Positions 12,601 to 27,600 of a stretch of 64,000 nucleotides of DNA are shown here, in pieces. Every line of letters begins with the position of its first letter. Within the stretch, counting starts at the first letter, position 1. The position numbers were made by a program, and so were the translations under genes. Origin of the DNA: Chiloscyllium plagiosum (lineage: Eukaryota); the NCBI RefSeq assembly GCF_004010195.1, contig NC_057725.1:44678349-44742348 (forward strand), in the 5' to 3' direction. The notes beneath the pieces were generated by a model that had not been told where the DNA came from, did no database searches, and saw only the letters and a program-made list of their open reading frames with translations.

Positions 12601-15600
12601 AAGTAGCTAATTCAAGCAGGCTTTCTCAAATTAACAAAAGGAGTGAGTTTATTATTTGCTACATGCAAGAAGAAATACTAACACAACACACATGCGCACA
12701 GATCAGAAATGAGAGGTAAGACAAAGATAGAGATTTAAAAAAAAGGATTACTGTCTAAATTGTTGAATGGTGAATGGTGAACCTAGAATGACAGTTGAAT
12801 GGTGCTGTCATTGTAATGGTGGTTACCTGTAGCAACAACTTTGGTAGTTGTATAGCTGGTTTCATAATCCAATAAACTGATTGGTTGAGATTCTATAATT
12901 CTGATGTCTTTCAACCGTGTTTGAATTTTCTGAATAAGCGAGAGTCTTTTGTCTCCGTTTAATTTTTAACTGATTTGCAGCACATAGAGTTAGAGGTGAC
13001 TTTTAACTCAACATGGCTAACTATGGGATAGTTCTTGGCTGTGACAATCATACCATGCTAATTATCAAACCCAGACTGGTACATATAAAGACATTCATTC
13101 CTACTAGTCCACTAGAGTTGGAACAGGCTTTTAAACTCCTGCCCTTCTGGATTCTTCAAAGGGAAAAACGCACACTGTGCCTGCAGTTTGGGACATAATG
13201 CAAGGGTGGTGCCTTGCTGTTGAGCAGGAGACTATGATGTGGGGATGCTGGTGTTGGACTGGGGTGGACAAGTTAAAAATCACACAACACCAGGTTATGG
13301 TACGAGCTTTTGGAGCACTGTTCCTTCATCAGGTAGTTGTGGAGCAGGATCATAAAAACACAGAATTTATAGCAAAAGATTTCAGTGTCATGCAACTGAA
13401 ATGATATACCTGTATTGAACAAACCTAGATTTCTGTTAAGTCTTTCATCTTTTAGAATGGGTTGCAGGTTTCGGTTCATTAATACGTAAATCCCAGGACC
13501 TCTTTCCAGTCACATTCTCGAGACAACTTGGAGATTTTAACTTGAGATAATTTTTAAAAAGGTGACAAAGATGTAAAAAAGAAAGGTGTGTTGTATGATC
13601 CTGCTTCACAGCTACCTGATGATGGAACATTGCTCCGAAAGCTAGTACTTCCAAATAAACCTGTTGGACTATAACCTATTGTTGTGTGAATTTTAACTTG
13701 AGCAGGAGACTGTTAGCCCCTCATTATCTTTGTAATCAAAAGAGATCACAGTCCTGGCCTGAAATTTCCTTGAGACCTTTAGGTATTACATTCCATTGGT
13801 CCTACACAGAAGCTTTTGCGTCTACATCAATTGTCCCTGTAACAGCTCTCTAAAGGGTTAAAAATGTTCATAGAACTTTGGGATTCTCACTCGTAGTCAT
13901 GGGCCTATGTTCTGGGTTAGGTTTTGTAATAGTGGTGGATGGATCTTAGTTTATTCTCTGAAAGATTTATTTTATGGGGTTAGAAAGCCATTTGAAACAG
14001 TGACCTAAATATATCAATTCCTGGATCGCATATGATTCAATCAAGGACCCTCTGGTTTTAGAGGATAAAATATTTGTACAACTGAGTTTACACAGAACAG
14101 AGCTGAAAATGTGTTGCTGGAAAAGCGCAGCAGGTCAGGCAGCATCCAGGGAACAGGAGAATGGACGTTTCGGGCATAAGCCCTTCTTCAGGAATGGCTT
14201 CCTGAAGAAGGACTTCCTGAAGGGCTTCCTGAAGAAGGGCTTATGCCCGAAACGTCGATTCTCCTGTTCTCTGGATGCTGCCTGACCTGCTGCGCTTTTC
14301 CAGCAACACATTTTCAGCTCTGATCTCCAGCACCTGCAGACCTCACTTTCTCCTACACAGAACAGAGCCCATTAGTTTAGCTTGTGACTTCAGTTCAGAA
14401 TGAACAAGAGTTCAGTTTAGCAAGAGTATCAAGTTTTGGGATCAGAGGAACCCATAACCCTAGCAGAAGTAGTTTCAGCTTGTGCAGCTTACAAGTCAGG
14501 AGAGTTTGTAAACTAGTCTTCAAGTTGTTAGAACTAAGTTTAAGCCACCTAAATTGGAAAATGAAGAATATAAATATTTTTGTTTTCTAGATTCAATCCC
14601 CTACAGTGTGGAAACAGGCCCTTTGGCCCAACAAGTCCATAGCAACCCTCCAAAGAGCAATCCACCCACCCATTCCCCATCATTTACCCCTGACTAACCC
14701 ACCTAACACTATGGCAATTTAGCATGACCAATTCACCTAACCTCCATATCTTTGGACTGTGGGAAGAAACCGGAGTACCTGGAGGAAACCCACACAGACA
14801 CAGGGAGAACGTGCAAACTCCATACGGACAGTTGCCTGAGGCAGGAATTGAACCCAGGTCCTTGGCATTGTAAGGCAGCAGTGCTAACTACTGAGCCACC
14901 TTTTACTTAATAAATTTTTGTATTATTGTTAAAGATCTGCTGCTTCATGGGAATATGTCTCAATGACTAAATATCATGGCTACCAGCTGCAAAAATGAAT
15001 CTACTTATAAATAGGAGTTTGCTCTTGTACTTTGTTCTTGTACTTGTACATTGTAAAATGTACTTTGCTCAATTTTTAAAATGTATATGAATTCAACTTA
15101 ACCTTAAACAAATTAGCAACAAATGATTTTCCTCCTGTTGTTTCAGCCTTTACATGTCCTGCTAACATGATATACCAGGCTTGTGTACTCATGTGTGAAG
15201 CGAAGACCTGCCAAAACAGAATTTTCTTTCCATCTGAGGATGCATCATGCTCTATCCTGAGTGAAGGATGTGTTTGTCCAGAAGGAACCATTCTCCATCG
15301 TCTAGACTCTACCTTGTGTATACCCGAGGAGAAGTGTGGTACTTTTCTCCTACATTTCTCGATTATCTCGTCTACCTGTAGCCATGAAGAACTAGCCACA
15401 CAATCTTCCAATACTTCTTTTATTATATATAAATGCATATAAAACTTTGATATTTGCAGTACCAAGGATATTGGGCTCACTAGATTACTAACCATCAGTA
15501 TATTTTACTGTATGGATAATTATTTTGTTGCTTAAGGTAATTACATGCATTTTATAATTTTCAGCTTGCACTGATAGTTGGGGATTACCGCATGCTGCTG

Positions 15601-18600
15601 GCGAGAAGTGGGATGCCTCACTGGATGGATGCTGCATGTACCAGTGCCTGGAGAATGGGACAATTATTACAGTTGATCACAACTGTTCTTCTGTCCCTGA
15701 TCCCATCTGTCACCGTTCTGGGGAAATAGTGGTTAGTCTAGCTGGTGATAAGAGCTGCTGCCCCAAAAAGATATGTGGTAAGTATTAAATTCTGTCTGTA
15801 GCTGACTAATCCATCATGTCTGGAGAATGTAAGGTTTACATAAAATTATTACACTGTAGCCACATTGTTGTAGTGTCCAAAAAAAGTATTGTGAATCCTG
15901 TAAATTAAACTTAGAGTCTCTTCCATTTCCTGAACCTAAGACTGTGCTCTAATCATTCCATCGAGTGAATAATTCAATTCCAGGTCCAGAATTTCAACTG
16001 CACTTTGAAAATTTGAACTTCTAATTGCCTCAAGATTACAACATTGACCTTAAATTTCAAAATTAATCAATATGCAAAGGAAGCCATGCTGTCTGCTGCA
16101 CCTCAGATATGCTGTCAAATAGGGCAGGATTGTTGAGAATAGAGGGAGCATAAAAGGGATTTAATGGAGTAGCAACTTGGTAGTCCATTGGTACTAATTT
16201 TGAAGAAATAATTAACGTGTTGCTTTGATAGCAACCTGTATGTATGCAGCTCCCCCAAACTGAGTTCTGCAGACCAGTCAGTAGTCTAATATGGATGCTT
16301 CGACCACTAACCTTCTGGCTGTCGGGCACTATCTGGAAACAATGATGAAAATAATTTTTGAAAAGTTAACGCAAATCAATGAATATGAAAATTGGACAGT
16401 TTCTATAATTTCGGCTGACACACAGTAGCAGTTCTAGAGCTACGTTATAAGTTGAGAAAATGTAGTCTTATAGAAAATAAAAAATTCGGCCCTTTGTGTC
16501 TGGATCACCATTCAATATGATCATGCAATTTCAGTGTCCCACTCTGCTTTCTCCCCTACCTCTTTATATCTTTAGCTGCAAAGGCCGCACCTAGCTCCTT
16601 CATGTATATCTGAGGAACTGTTCCCAACAGCTTTTAGTGGGAGAGAATTCCACAGATTCACAACTCTGAGTGAAGAAATCCTTCCTCATCTCAGTCCTGA
16701 ATAGCTTACCACTTATTCTTAGACTGTAACCCCTTGTTCGGGACTTCCCCAACATTGGGAACATTCTTCTCGTGTCTAGCCCGTCCAGTCCCAGGATTTT
16801 ACATGCTTCTATGAGATTCCCCCTCATCCTTCTGGAAGTTTTATGTTTATTAAGAGTTACACGAATGGTATCGCTGTTTTTATGCAATTAGTACATTGTG
16901 TATCAAATTGGAGTTAAGGAAAGTGCATTTCAGCAAGTCTTTTTCCTTAAATAAGCCAAAAGATTCGTATAACTTTGAAAAAGCTTAAAGTACAGTAATG
17001 CTTTTGGACCAATGTAACAATGAATTACTTACTCATGTTAATGCATGATGTGCTGTCACCCTACTCTGTTTTCAGCTTGCAATCAAACGGTCTGTGGGAG
17101 TTTTGCTCCTCAGTGTAACTATGGAGAAAGGCTCATCACCCTTTACAAACCAGACTTCTGCTGTCCTGATTTCTATTGTGGTAAGTGTATGTAACACGGC
17201 CTGAAGTATAATCTTGAGTGGGATGATGGAAGTTTGCATGGGAAAAGAGAGACTTGCACTATATAACACTTTCAAAAATAAAGAACATCTCAAAGATTGT
17301 TAAAAGCTGTGAAATAAAGATACATTTAGTTGCTGTTTAATATCAATGATTTGGAAGTCAGTTTTTTCTGAAACAAACCTTGTACCTGCAACTTTATGAT
17401 GGTTACAAGCTAAACTGCTTTGATGTTGTTGATAAAGTGAATAGTACTGACCAGGACACCAGTCTAATTCTCTTGGAGTGGGATTTTAGACCACAATCTC
17501 TTGCCTCATTGATACTCAAGTGCTCCTGTCATCGTCCCCATGGATATTATTAACTTTTAAAAAGAGATGTAAATTTTTCAGCAACTGACTAAAAGAATCA
17601 AATGATATTTTACACTTGCAATATTTACTGTGACAAAGAAACTAAAATTAGCATCAACAAAATATTTTGTGATAGGCAATTTGCATATGAAACTGCAAAA
17701 ATATTACTTCCCCACTAACTAATTAGCACAATTGAAAAAACTTTAAGACCTAATTGCACATTAAGCCACACCTTCAGACTGATTGATTAATTCCTCTATT
17801 CCTACCAGCTAGCTGTTCAATGGGCTCCCTTCACTCTGCCACAAGGACAAGTTTTCTAGAGTCATTTGGATATCCCTTCACTCAACTTCTGACCATTCTC
17901 AACTAACTTCCAACCACATGACCATTTTCAATGATTGCTTGCTCCTTAAATGTTCTCAAGTCTCAAGTCTATGAATGGGTAAACAATTCTCCTTGACAAA
18001 GTATTTGGTGGCCAGCATAAAACAGTCCTTTGCTTTGCACAGCAGCTATTGCTTCACCCAACAATGTCTGTCTGTCTGAGATTATATGCCCAGAGAGACT
18101 AGTTTATCTGCCTTTTGTGTTAAGATTTGAAAACTGGCACTTGATTTTCTGTACATTTTGGTCCAGATCTCTATGACAACCAAATAAGATGGGACTGCCT
18201 CTGGGCAGAATTTGTACAATCAACCATCCTTCCATCAGAACCATCTGTTCTATCTTAAATTTAAGAGATTTTGAAACATAATTGTCTTCAAAATCGCACA
18301 CTCAAGTTCTGCAAATTGAGAGAAGACATGGATTGCATGTTTACTTATTTTTTAGTTTGTTTTTAATGTTACTGGGAAAGAATTACTTTTATTTAGTCAT
18401 GGGATATGGGGATCACTGGCGAAGCCAGTGTTTGTTGCCAATCCATAATTATTCTTGAACTGATTGGCTTGTCATACCATTTCACAGAGATGCAGCTTCA
18501 AGTTCAAGTTTGCATTCAGATAGGGTGTGGAATAGACATCAAGTGGTCACAGGCAGGGCGAGTGACAATAAGCAAATATAACCAACCTATACCATCTCCA

Positions 18601-21600
18601 AGAAAATGGTGGAAGTAGATAAGTGAGGCTGGTAGGTAACCCCAAGACATACAGTGTTCAAGTTAATGAGATGTGTGAAATGTAAAACACAATGAAAAAT
18701 GTTAAATTTTAAATTTTGAGTAAATTTACAATATATGCTTTCAAAATAATAAACACAAAGACAAATATTTAACTTTTAATATGTGATATATATTTACTAT
18801 TTGGTTGAGAGTGTTCATTTTCTGCAGAATGTGATCCAAGCAAGTGCGAGTCTGACATTCCAACTTGTCTAGAGGACCAAACTTTAATTGCTACCCGTGC
18901 CGATGGAAGTTGTTGCTTAGCATACATCTGTAGTAAGTTGCACAATGTACATGTTTGATTAAAAATGACATATTTGCTTATTAAACATTGCTTATTCCAA
19001 TCAGTTTAGCAGTGATTCACATTTCACCTTACATTACGTTATGTTTTTGTCAGGAACCAAATTTGATTTTAAAATATTTGATGGAAGTCTATATATAGAT
19101 CCAAATTGTAAGGAGTTAAAAGTTTACTTGGACAAATTTCTTTCTATTCCCATTTAACATTTTATCAGTTTTCTTCCACAGATATATCCAGAGCTTTCAA
19201 AATAATATTAACATTTTTCTTGCTATTTTAAATGTTGTTGGAACTTGTGCAAAAAAATAGGAAGGGCCCAGGTTTTGTGGTCAGTAATATAGTCATTTAA
19301 ATCAAGCTGATTTCAGGAATAGAGCAGCATTGATGTCAGCCAGAAGGATAAACAGCCAATCATATCAATGTGTTCTCACAGGCAATAAGAAATTTAAAAG
19401 TGCTGGATCCCATTAATCTTAAATTTCAGATAACAAAATTAAGTTCATCACTGAATTAAAACAGACATAAAACATATCCAAACTTTAAAGTAAAAAGAAA
19501 ACATGCAGCATTATTTTTAATACTGGCAAACTTTGACATTTTACACATTTAGCTTTATATAAACAGCTTTAATGAGTTTTGAGAAGATTTGCAGCTCAGG
19601 TTGAGGTTCTGGATGTAAGTTTACTCACTGAGCTGGAAGGTTTATTTTCCGACGTTTTGTCACCATACTAGGTAACATCATCAGTGAGCCTCAGGTGAAG
19701 CACTGGTATTAGTGACCCTCTTTCTATTTATGCGTTCAGCTTTCCTTGGGTTGGTGATGTCATTTCCTGTGGTGATGTCATTTCCTGTTCTTTTCCTCAG
19801 AGGGTGGTAAATGGGGTTGAAGTCAATGTGTTTATTGACAGAGTTCCAGTTGGAATGCCATGCTTCTCGGAATTCTCATGCATGTCTCTGTTTGACTTAT
19901 CCTAGGATGGATGTGTTACTCTAGTTGAAATGTTGTTCTTTCTCATCTGTGTGTAAGTATACTTGTGAGAGTGGGTCATGTCTTCATGAGTGACTCTCAC
20001 TAGTAACTTTACATACAGATGAGAAAGGATACCACTTCAACTGGGATAACACATCCATCCTTGGACAAATCAAACAGAGACATGCATGAGAATTCCTAGA
20101 AGCATGGCATTCCAACTGGAACTCTATCAACAAAACATTGACTTTGACCCTATTTACCACATGCTGAGAAAACAAACAGGAAATGACATCACCACAGGAA
20201 ATGATGTCACCAGTCATGAACACCAGTGCTTCACTGGAGGCTCACTGGTGATGTTATCTAGTATGGTGATGAAACGTCTGAAAATGAACATTCCAGCTCA
20301 GCGAGCAAACTTACATTCATATCCAGCTTTTTTTAGGGCTAATGAAGGCAAATTAAGTGTAATGATAATTTAATGTGTCATTTAAAATGTTTTGAAAGGC
20401 TTTACCAGCTAGACTAACAGTGTAAGTGAAAAGAAACAAAGAAATGCAGATGCTAAAGATCTGAATCAAAAACCGATGTTGAATCTTAAGGAGTCCCCAA
20501 ACGAAAGATGAGATGCTGTTCTTTGAGCTTATGCTGGGTCTCGCTCGAACTACATCAGGCCTGAGGCAGAAGTCTTGGCATGGGAACTTGCTGGTGTGTT
20601 GAAGTTACAGGCGACTGGAAGCTCAGGGTCATTTTTATGGACAAAATGGTCTCCCATTGTGAGCAGCAAATACAATAAACTAGATTGAGTGACGTGCAGC
20701 TAAATCACTACTTCATCTGGAAGGAATGTCTGGTGCTTTGAATAGTGAGAAGTGAGAGGTAAACGTTCAGTTGTAACACTTTTTGCAATTCTGCTGTGGG
20801 AAAGTGTTGCGAGTCGAAGAGGTATGGCCCAGGGTGTCCTGGAAGGAATGGTCCTTGCAGAATGCTAATAAGGGAGGAATGTGTGTGTGTTTGTGACATC
20901 CCACTGGAAGTGAGTATGAGGCAATTCTTGTAAATTTGAAGATCTCCTTTTAAGCTTCAGTATAATAAAATTGAGCTGCTAAATATTGGAATTGAAACTT
21001 CTAATTGATCCTTAGAAATAATGTTGATACTTGCGTGAACACAATGGTAACACTTTATTTCCCTACAATTAGTGTGTGGTGCTTGTGCTGACAAAATTCC
21101 CACCTGCCAGAAAGGAGAAATCCTTATCGTAAACAACAATACCACTGAGATGTGTTGTCCAGCCTACCAATGTGGTAAGAATAATATTTTACTCTATAAA
21201 AAGCATGTAACAGTTGTTTTTTATGAATTCATGAATGCTAGTCGTAATAGAGAGAACACAAGCTGTAATCTGGTTTCAGAATCCAAGAAGTATGAAGCTG
21301 ATCCTGCTCTTATTAATAGAATTTTATCTCAGCAGGTATTTTAGAGACAGGTTTTACACTGTCTGCACAGCTGGACTGAATTGAGATGTCCTCATGTGAG
21401 CCCCCATCAGTACTTTAGGAGTCAGGTTATTTGCAATGACCTGCTGTTTGTCAGACTGCACATTCAGAACCCTGGAAGAAAAGCTCATTCCGCTACAAAC
21501 ATGAGGGGTATGCAGCAGCGATAATAGTTGCTGATTCTAGAGCCTTACAACCACTCTCCAAAACAGCAACCAGAAGATCACAACACCTCCTTTGTAATGG

Positions 21601-24600
21601 TGCTAGCATTAAGCTCAAGGGTGCCTTGGTCAGAATGTTCTTGCACTTTCACCCTGAGTGACTTTCATGACTTAGTCTGTTGGAGCTCCATCATTGACTG
21701 AGGCCTTTGGAGATTATTTTTGTTGCCTGTCAGTAAAGCTGGTACTGAACAGTGGGGGGAAGAAAGAAAGATATCTCGCATTTTCAATGTTTCATGTGCT
21801 TGTTGTTTTCTCAGACTCATGGATAGGCACAATCCGTATGGTCCAATAAATCGGGAGAGGCTATTCTCAGCTCTCTTGCATTTAATTACAATGCCTACGT
21901 CTAATACACAGTCTTTTCACAATCTCAGTTAAAAGTTTTGGTTTAGAGAAATACTTTGAAGGAGAGTTTGAAAGGAAGAGAGGGCAAAAGAGAATGAGAG
22001 GAAGGTATAGAGGAAATTCCAGATAGAACAGATTTGACACTTGAAGATACAGCAGCCAATTTTGGAGCTGTGGTGCAGGGGAGTGGCTTTGTGGGGTGAA
22101 AGCAGGGTGGCTACAAGGTGAAAATCATAGGAATGGAAAGGGTGGTTTAAAAGCTGCAAGAGGTTTCACAGTTAACAAATGACAAGAGGATAAGTATGCA
22201 GGCATGTGGAAGAGAATTTTCAAGAGGGTATGGAATGAAGTTAGCAGTCAATGTGAGTCAAAGAGAACAGGGTGATAGGTGATCAAGATTTGGGGTGGGA
22301 TTGGATGTTGGTAGCTAGCCTTCGAATGAGCTGAAATATGCAGGGTCTGGAAGTTTGGATATCCACTGGAATGGCAATAGAGGCAGGATGGGTAATTAGT
22401 GAGGAGATTTAGGTTAGATAGAGCAAGAGAGCTCTCAAACCTCAGGACAACAAACTCTTCCAAATGCTTGATGCAAGTTGGACTTTAATTTTAAAAAAAA
22501 GCTTCAGCCCGATAATGCTATGATTCTTGTCTTGAACCAGAACCTGGCTCAATTCATGATCTTCTGGGCTCTTCTTTTTAATTTCTAATGATTTCTGTTC
22601 TGTTTCTTTTTAGTTTGCGAAACCAATCGTTGTCCAAAGTTTCAATGTCCTTCAGGAATGAAAGTATCTGAGGCTTGGAGTCCAGATCAGTGTTGCCCAA
22701 TTCATTCGTGTGGTAAGATGACAGTTTTAAATTTGGAAACATTTCAACAAGTTGCCAGATTCCATGACTAAAGTATCTTGTTTATAATTATTGTTTTTTT
22801 CAGAATGTGCTTGTGATTCAGTTCTGAAACCTCAGTGCAAGTTGGTAAGTAACATACTCCTATCTTTCAATTGTATGTGCTGCTTTTGTCTGATGTTTTA
22901 AAAATAATAATTCCGTAACTTGGTTTGCAGGGAGAAGTGTTAGTTACAGAACAGCAACGTGGAAATATCACAGCCAATCCATGTCGATGTCTGGATTACA
23001 AATGTGGCAAGTGCAATCATTTCATTGTACAGTTACTCCTAGTTTAATTGCAAGCAACACTTTTTCACCAAACTGTTGAGAATTATGTGAGAGTACAAAA
23101 ATGTCATTTTATTCCAAGTAAATCGTGAACTATTGAAGCAATTGGGCAGATTTAGCAATTGGCTAATGGATGGTTTTTCTTCTTATAATACTTATAAAAA
23201 TGAAGAAATGTTCCATAGCAGGCAGAAGAAGTGGATGGTAGGTGCCTGGTATGAGCTGACCTTTATTTCAGTTGGTTGCACTTCTGCCTCTGAACCTCAA
23301 AGTTGTTTATTCCAGAGTCTTAAATTCTAAGTATGTGCAGATGCTGTAGTCCAGCTGTATGAGTGCTGTCTTCCAGATGAGATGTTAATCCAAGGTCTTG
23401 TCTTTTCTTTAAGACAGACATAAATGAGCACATATATTTTGAACAAGATCAAGTAGTTATGTGTTGTGCCCAATCAATACTTGCTCTTAATCAATAACAG
23501 CAAAATAGATTATCTGGACATTAGCATTTCGGTGTTTGTGGAAGCTTGATCCATGCACATTGGCTGCCAAACTACCTGCAACACAGAGATTACACTTTAA
23601 AACTGTTTCACTGCTTGTAAAGCACTTGGGGACATCTCTTAGATTGTGAAAAACAGTGCACAAATGGAATCATCCCCTTGGGAAAGGTAATCATGACATG
23701 AGATAATTTTGAAATCAGTTTGGGAATAAATATCTTGGGTCAGAAAATAGTGTGTTAATCAGAAAGGCAATTACAACAGTATGAACACGATTGATGAAAG
23801 TGAATTAGGAACATAGACAGAGGCAGGATAGTTAATGAACATTTAAGGAACTATTTCATAATTCTCAACAAATATGTATCATATTCCTGCTGAATCTCTC
23901 TCCAGGTTATTCTGAAGTGATAATGTAAAGTATAAAAAAGACATGCATGGAACAAAATGTTCCTTTTTAATTCTTTGGCCATTGTTAAGACTTAAGTTTT
24001 CTTTACTGTTCTTAGTTCAGTCACTAAAATGCAGAACAGCAAATAAGAGTGACTAAGTTTTTTGACTTTTCTGAATTTTCCATGAATGTTATCTTCTGAC
24101 TGTCTATCTGGTGAAGTATTGAAGATTTCAGCTCACTCCTAAGGATTTCTGAGTGCTATAGAATGAAGTGCCTTGGTATAACACCATGTAATTTTTGTCA
24201 GAAACATCCCTACTTCAGTGATTGAATGCACTTATACGCAAAAACAATTAAACAGATACGATGCCATTTTGGACATACTTCCATAGGAAGCCATTTCCAA
24301 AGAATGACCTATTTGCAATTTGAAAGGAATTCTTTCCTAGACCTTATATTGATCATTTCTATTGTACATTTCTTAAAATGAATCATAACTCATGATTTCT
24401 TTATGAACATGCAGTTTCTGAACATAAGAAAAAACACTGCAATCTATATTATGAATATTTTGCGACATCGTGCATGCTCTCAAATTAAAGACAATAAGGT
24501 TAAAAATGCGGCATTATTTTTGTTTGCTTTGTTACAGTAAATGACCATGTCTGTGTCGCTGGGGAAAGGGGTATATTACACCCCGGACAGACTATTGTGG

Positions 24601-27600
24601 AGCATACAGCAGATGGAGTGTGCTACGCTGCACATTGTACCTATAATCTGGACAACAACACAGGCTTTTACCAACTCCTTGTTAGAATGGTCAACTGCTC
24701 AGCTCGATGTGAAATGGTGACAATACGTAGCTATGCTACAGTCCTATTTATCTTTGTTTCATTACTTGTTGATGTTGTTAAAGTAGTTATTGGAAAGCCT
24801 ACAAAAAAAACCTGTAGTACATGTTTGCATTAAAAGCATAAAAGCTCTTAAGTTAAGCCAACATTTATTTTAGCATCTGATCCAGTAAAGTCTTAGTGGA
24901 AGGATGGATTTCATTCAGTACTTTAAATTATAAACTACTAAATTAGTGGCACTATATTGTTCTTCTAAGTTATCAACTGATCTGTGTACACTAGTGACTG
25001 AAAACAGTATTCCTTATATTTGTGGGTGTAATTCAGAAGAAAATCTGTTCAATTCCATGAAAAAGTAATGAATATTGTCCACTTTTCTTGGTACTAGTTA
25101 TACGATTAACTTACAAGACATAAGCAGTGCAAAAAGAATTTGCATGTTAGTAATTTACATATTCCTGGACTTTGAGCATCTATCTACTAGGTTGTATAAA
25201 ATGATTATTTTTGGAAGGAGGAGCATCTGATTTTTTTCTAAGTCATCTGGATAAAATTCCCATAGACAGGTAGAATACAGGGCATGTAACAATGGAAGTA
25301 AGACAAATTAAGAGTAAGAACTCACTATTAGGAAAACAGAAAACACAAGAAATACTCAACTTGGACAGCATCCACAGAGAGATAATAAAGTTAACAATTC
25401 AGGTCAGTGACTTTTCACTGTGGACCTGAATTTTTTTCTCCTTTTCGCACAGATGCGATTGAGTATTTCCATCATTTTATGTTTTTATTTCAGATTTTCA
25501 GCACCTACAGAATTTTACTTTGCAGTAGAAACTTGTCTATTTTAAAATGTGGAGAGAGAAATGTGAAAATGTTTTGGTAATTGTCAGCTTCAGTTCTACT
25601 GACTTACTAAAGACGCAATGCATCTCCTAGTGAAACTCACTCTGATCCCTAATTTTGTCGCAAGTTAGTGTTAAGTGGCATAGCAATAGGGCTACTACAA
25701 TTAATCTTAATGCTCTAGGATTAAAGTGGGATCATGACCAAGTGCATCTATGTAGATTTCTATTTATTAGTTGTGCTGAAATTATACATCTATGTACATT
25801 ATGTGAAGGTAGGATCATCTTACATTATCTGCCCCATGCTCAAATAAATACATTCAGAATCTGTCTTCCAATTAAAGATATATTATTTTGGAAAGATGCT
25901 ACAGTTTCCAGATATTTGTTGAATACATTCAACCAGGAACTAGTAATTAATAACAGTAAAGAAAGAAAAGTAAGTTGAAAGAAGAGGAAGAGCAATATTT
26001 CTTACTGCAACTTGCTATAAACCAGTAATGGTGTTGCTATCTATATAAACCAATATGGAAAATACAAATGTAAAAATTGTTCAGTCAGATTACATGAGTT
26101 TTTTATGTTTTGATTTTATAAATGTAGTTAAGCTTATACAATTTAAAAGTTAGTTATTTTATATAATGTGACTTATCAACGTATTACACGAAATACATGT
26201 TAATACCTGCTAACAACTAACTTCACAGAACCAGGTTTATATTCCTCCTTCTGACCTGACAACTTGCTGTGGTCAATGCAAGAATGTATCCTGTCTGGCC
26301 AACTTTGAGAACAGAACAACTACCATGCTCAAGGTAAATATTGAAGGCAAACAAGATTGAAATTAAACAAATTTCTAATCTGAGAGCCTTACACAAGATG
26401 TCAATGTTGGGAAGATTTAAGACCTGAAACATTGACTTCTATGTCTTCATAGATGTTGGCTGTTTTGCTAAATATTTACAGATTTTTCTGTTTTTATTAC
26501 CAAATTTTCACTATCTGTTGTGCTAGAATAGCCAATTTCAGGAAAGGACCAGAAACTGGATTTAACACAATTTAATTCAGGTGTTTGATGTATGTACTTT
26601 GGGGAACTTTGAAGTATCTTCCAACAAGACTGAGATTGAAAAATACACCATGCAGGTAGTTGAGTGTTAATTTGTGCATTTCGACACACATTGCAGTTTA
26701 AATGATCTAATGTTCCATACTCTTGTATAACTGCAATTTGATGCTTTAATAGAGAATGATAAAATCAAACTAAAAATGTTTGCAGGTTTGGAACAACTTG
26801 ATAATTGTCCAAAATATCTCAGGTTCAATTCCTGGCCATACTGATCTAACTGATCTCGACTGAAATGACCGTAGGAGCATTGTAATTGGTCTCTGCATGC
26901 GTACCTACATCCAGCCATCTCTGCTGGAAATGAGCTGTGTAGATACAAGGTGAGGACAGAGTTGAGCTTGTATTTTCAGATATCAAATAGCCTGTCAAGA
27001 TCTTATTGAGGCCCAAAATCAATAATGGTTATATTCATTGAAGAATCAGAGATCAGTCACGGAAATGTACTAACAATCTGCACCTTCATATTTTCCCTTC
27101 CCTATCTAATATTGCTGAAGTTAATTCCAGTGCTTCAGTTCTGACAAATTAAGGTCACATAACTCACTAGTCAAGGGATTAAATCTGAGGCCTTTTGCTT
27201 AGAATACACTCAACTACTGAGTTATCAGAAAAGACGCTGCCTCTGATTTAAAAAAAAAATCTGATACTGATTTTGTTCATCAACTGGCATAATTTGTGTT
27301 TAAATTTTATAAATTACTAAGTTATTTTCTGACTTTAAAGGACACTTTCTTTTGGAATAAGTTGTTTGTCCAGAGTTTGTTCCATTTTATGCCATTTGCT
27401 ATTACAGTAAGAGATAATTCATGTATATTTTGAAAGGAAGTTCACAGAATCATAGAATCCCTACAGTGTGGAAGTGGGCCATTCAGCCCATCAAGTTCAC
27501 ACTGACCCTCCGAAGACCATCCCATTCAGACCCAAAGCTTACCCTCCCTCCCCCCCAACCTTATCCCAGTAACCATGCCTAACCCTATCCCAGTAACTAT

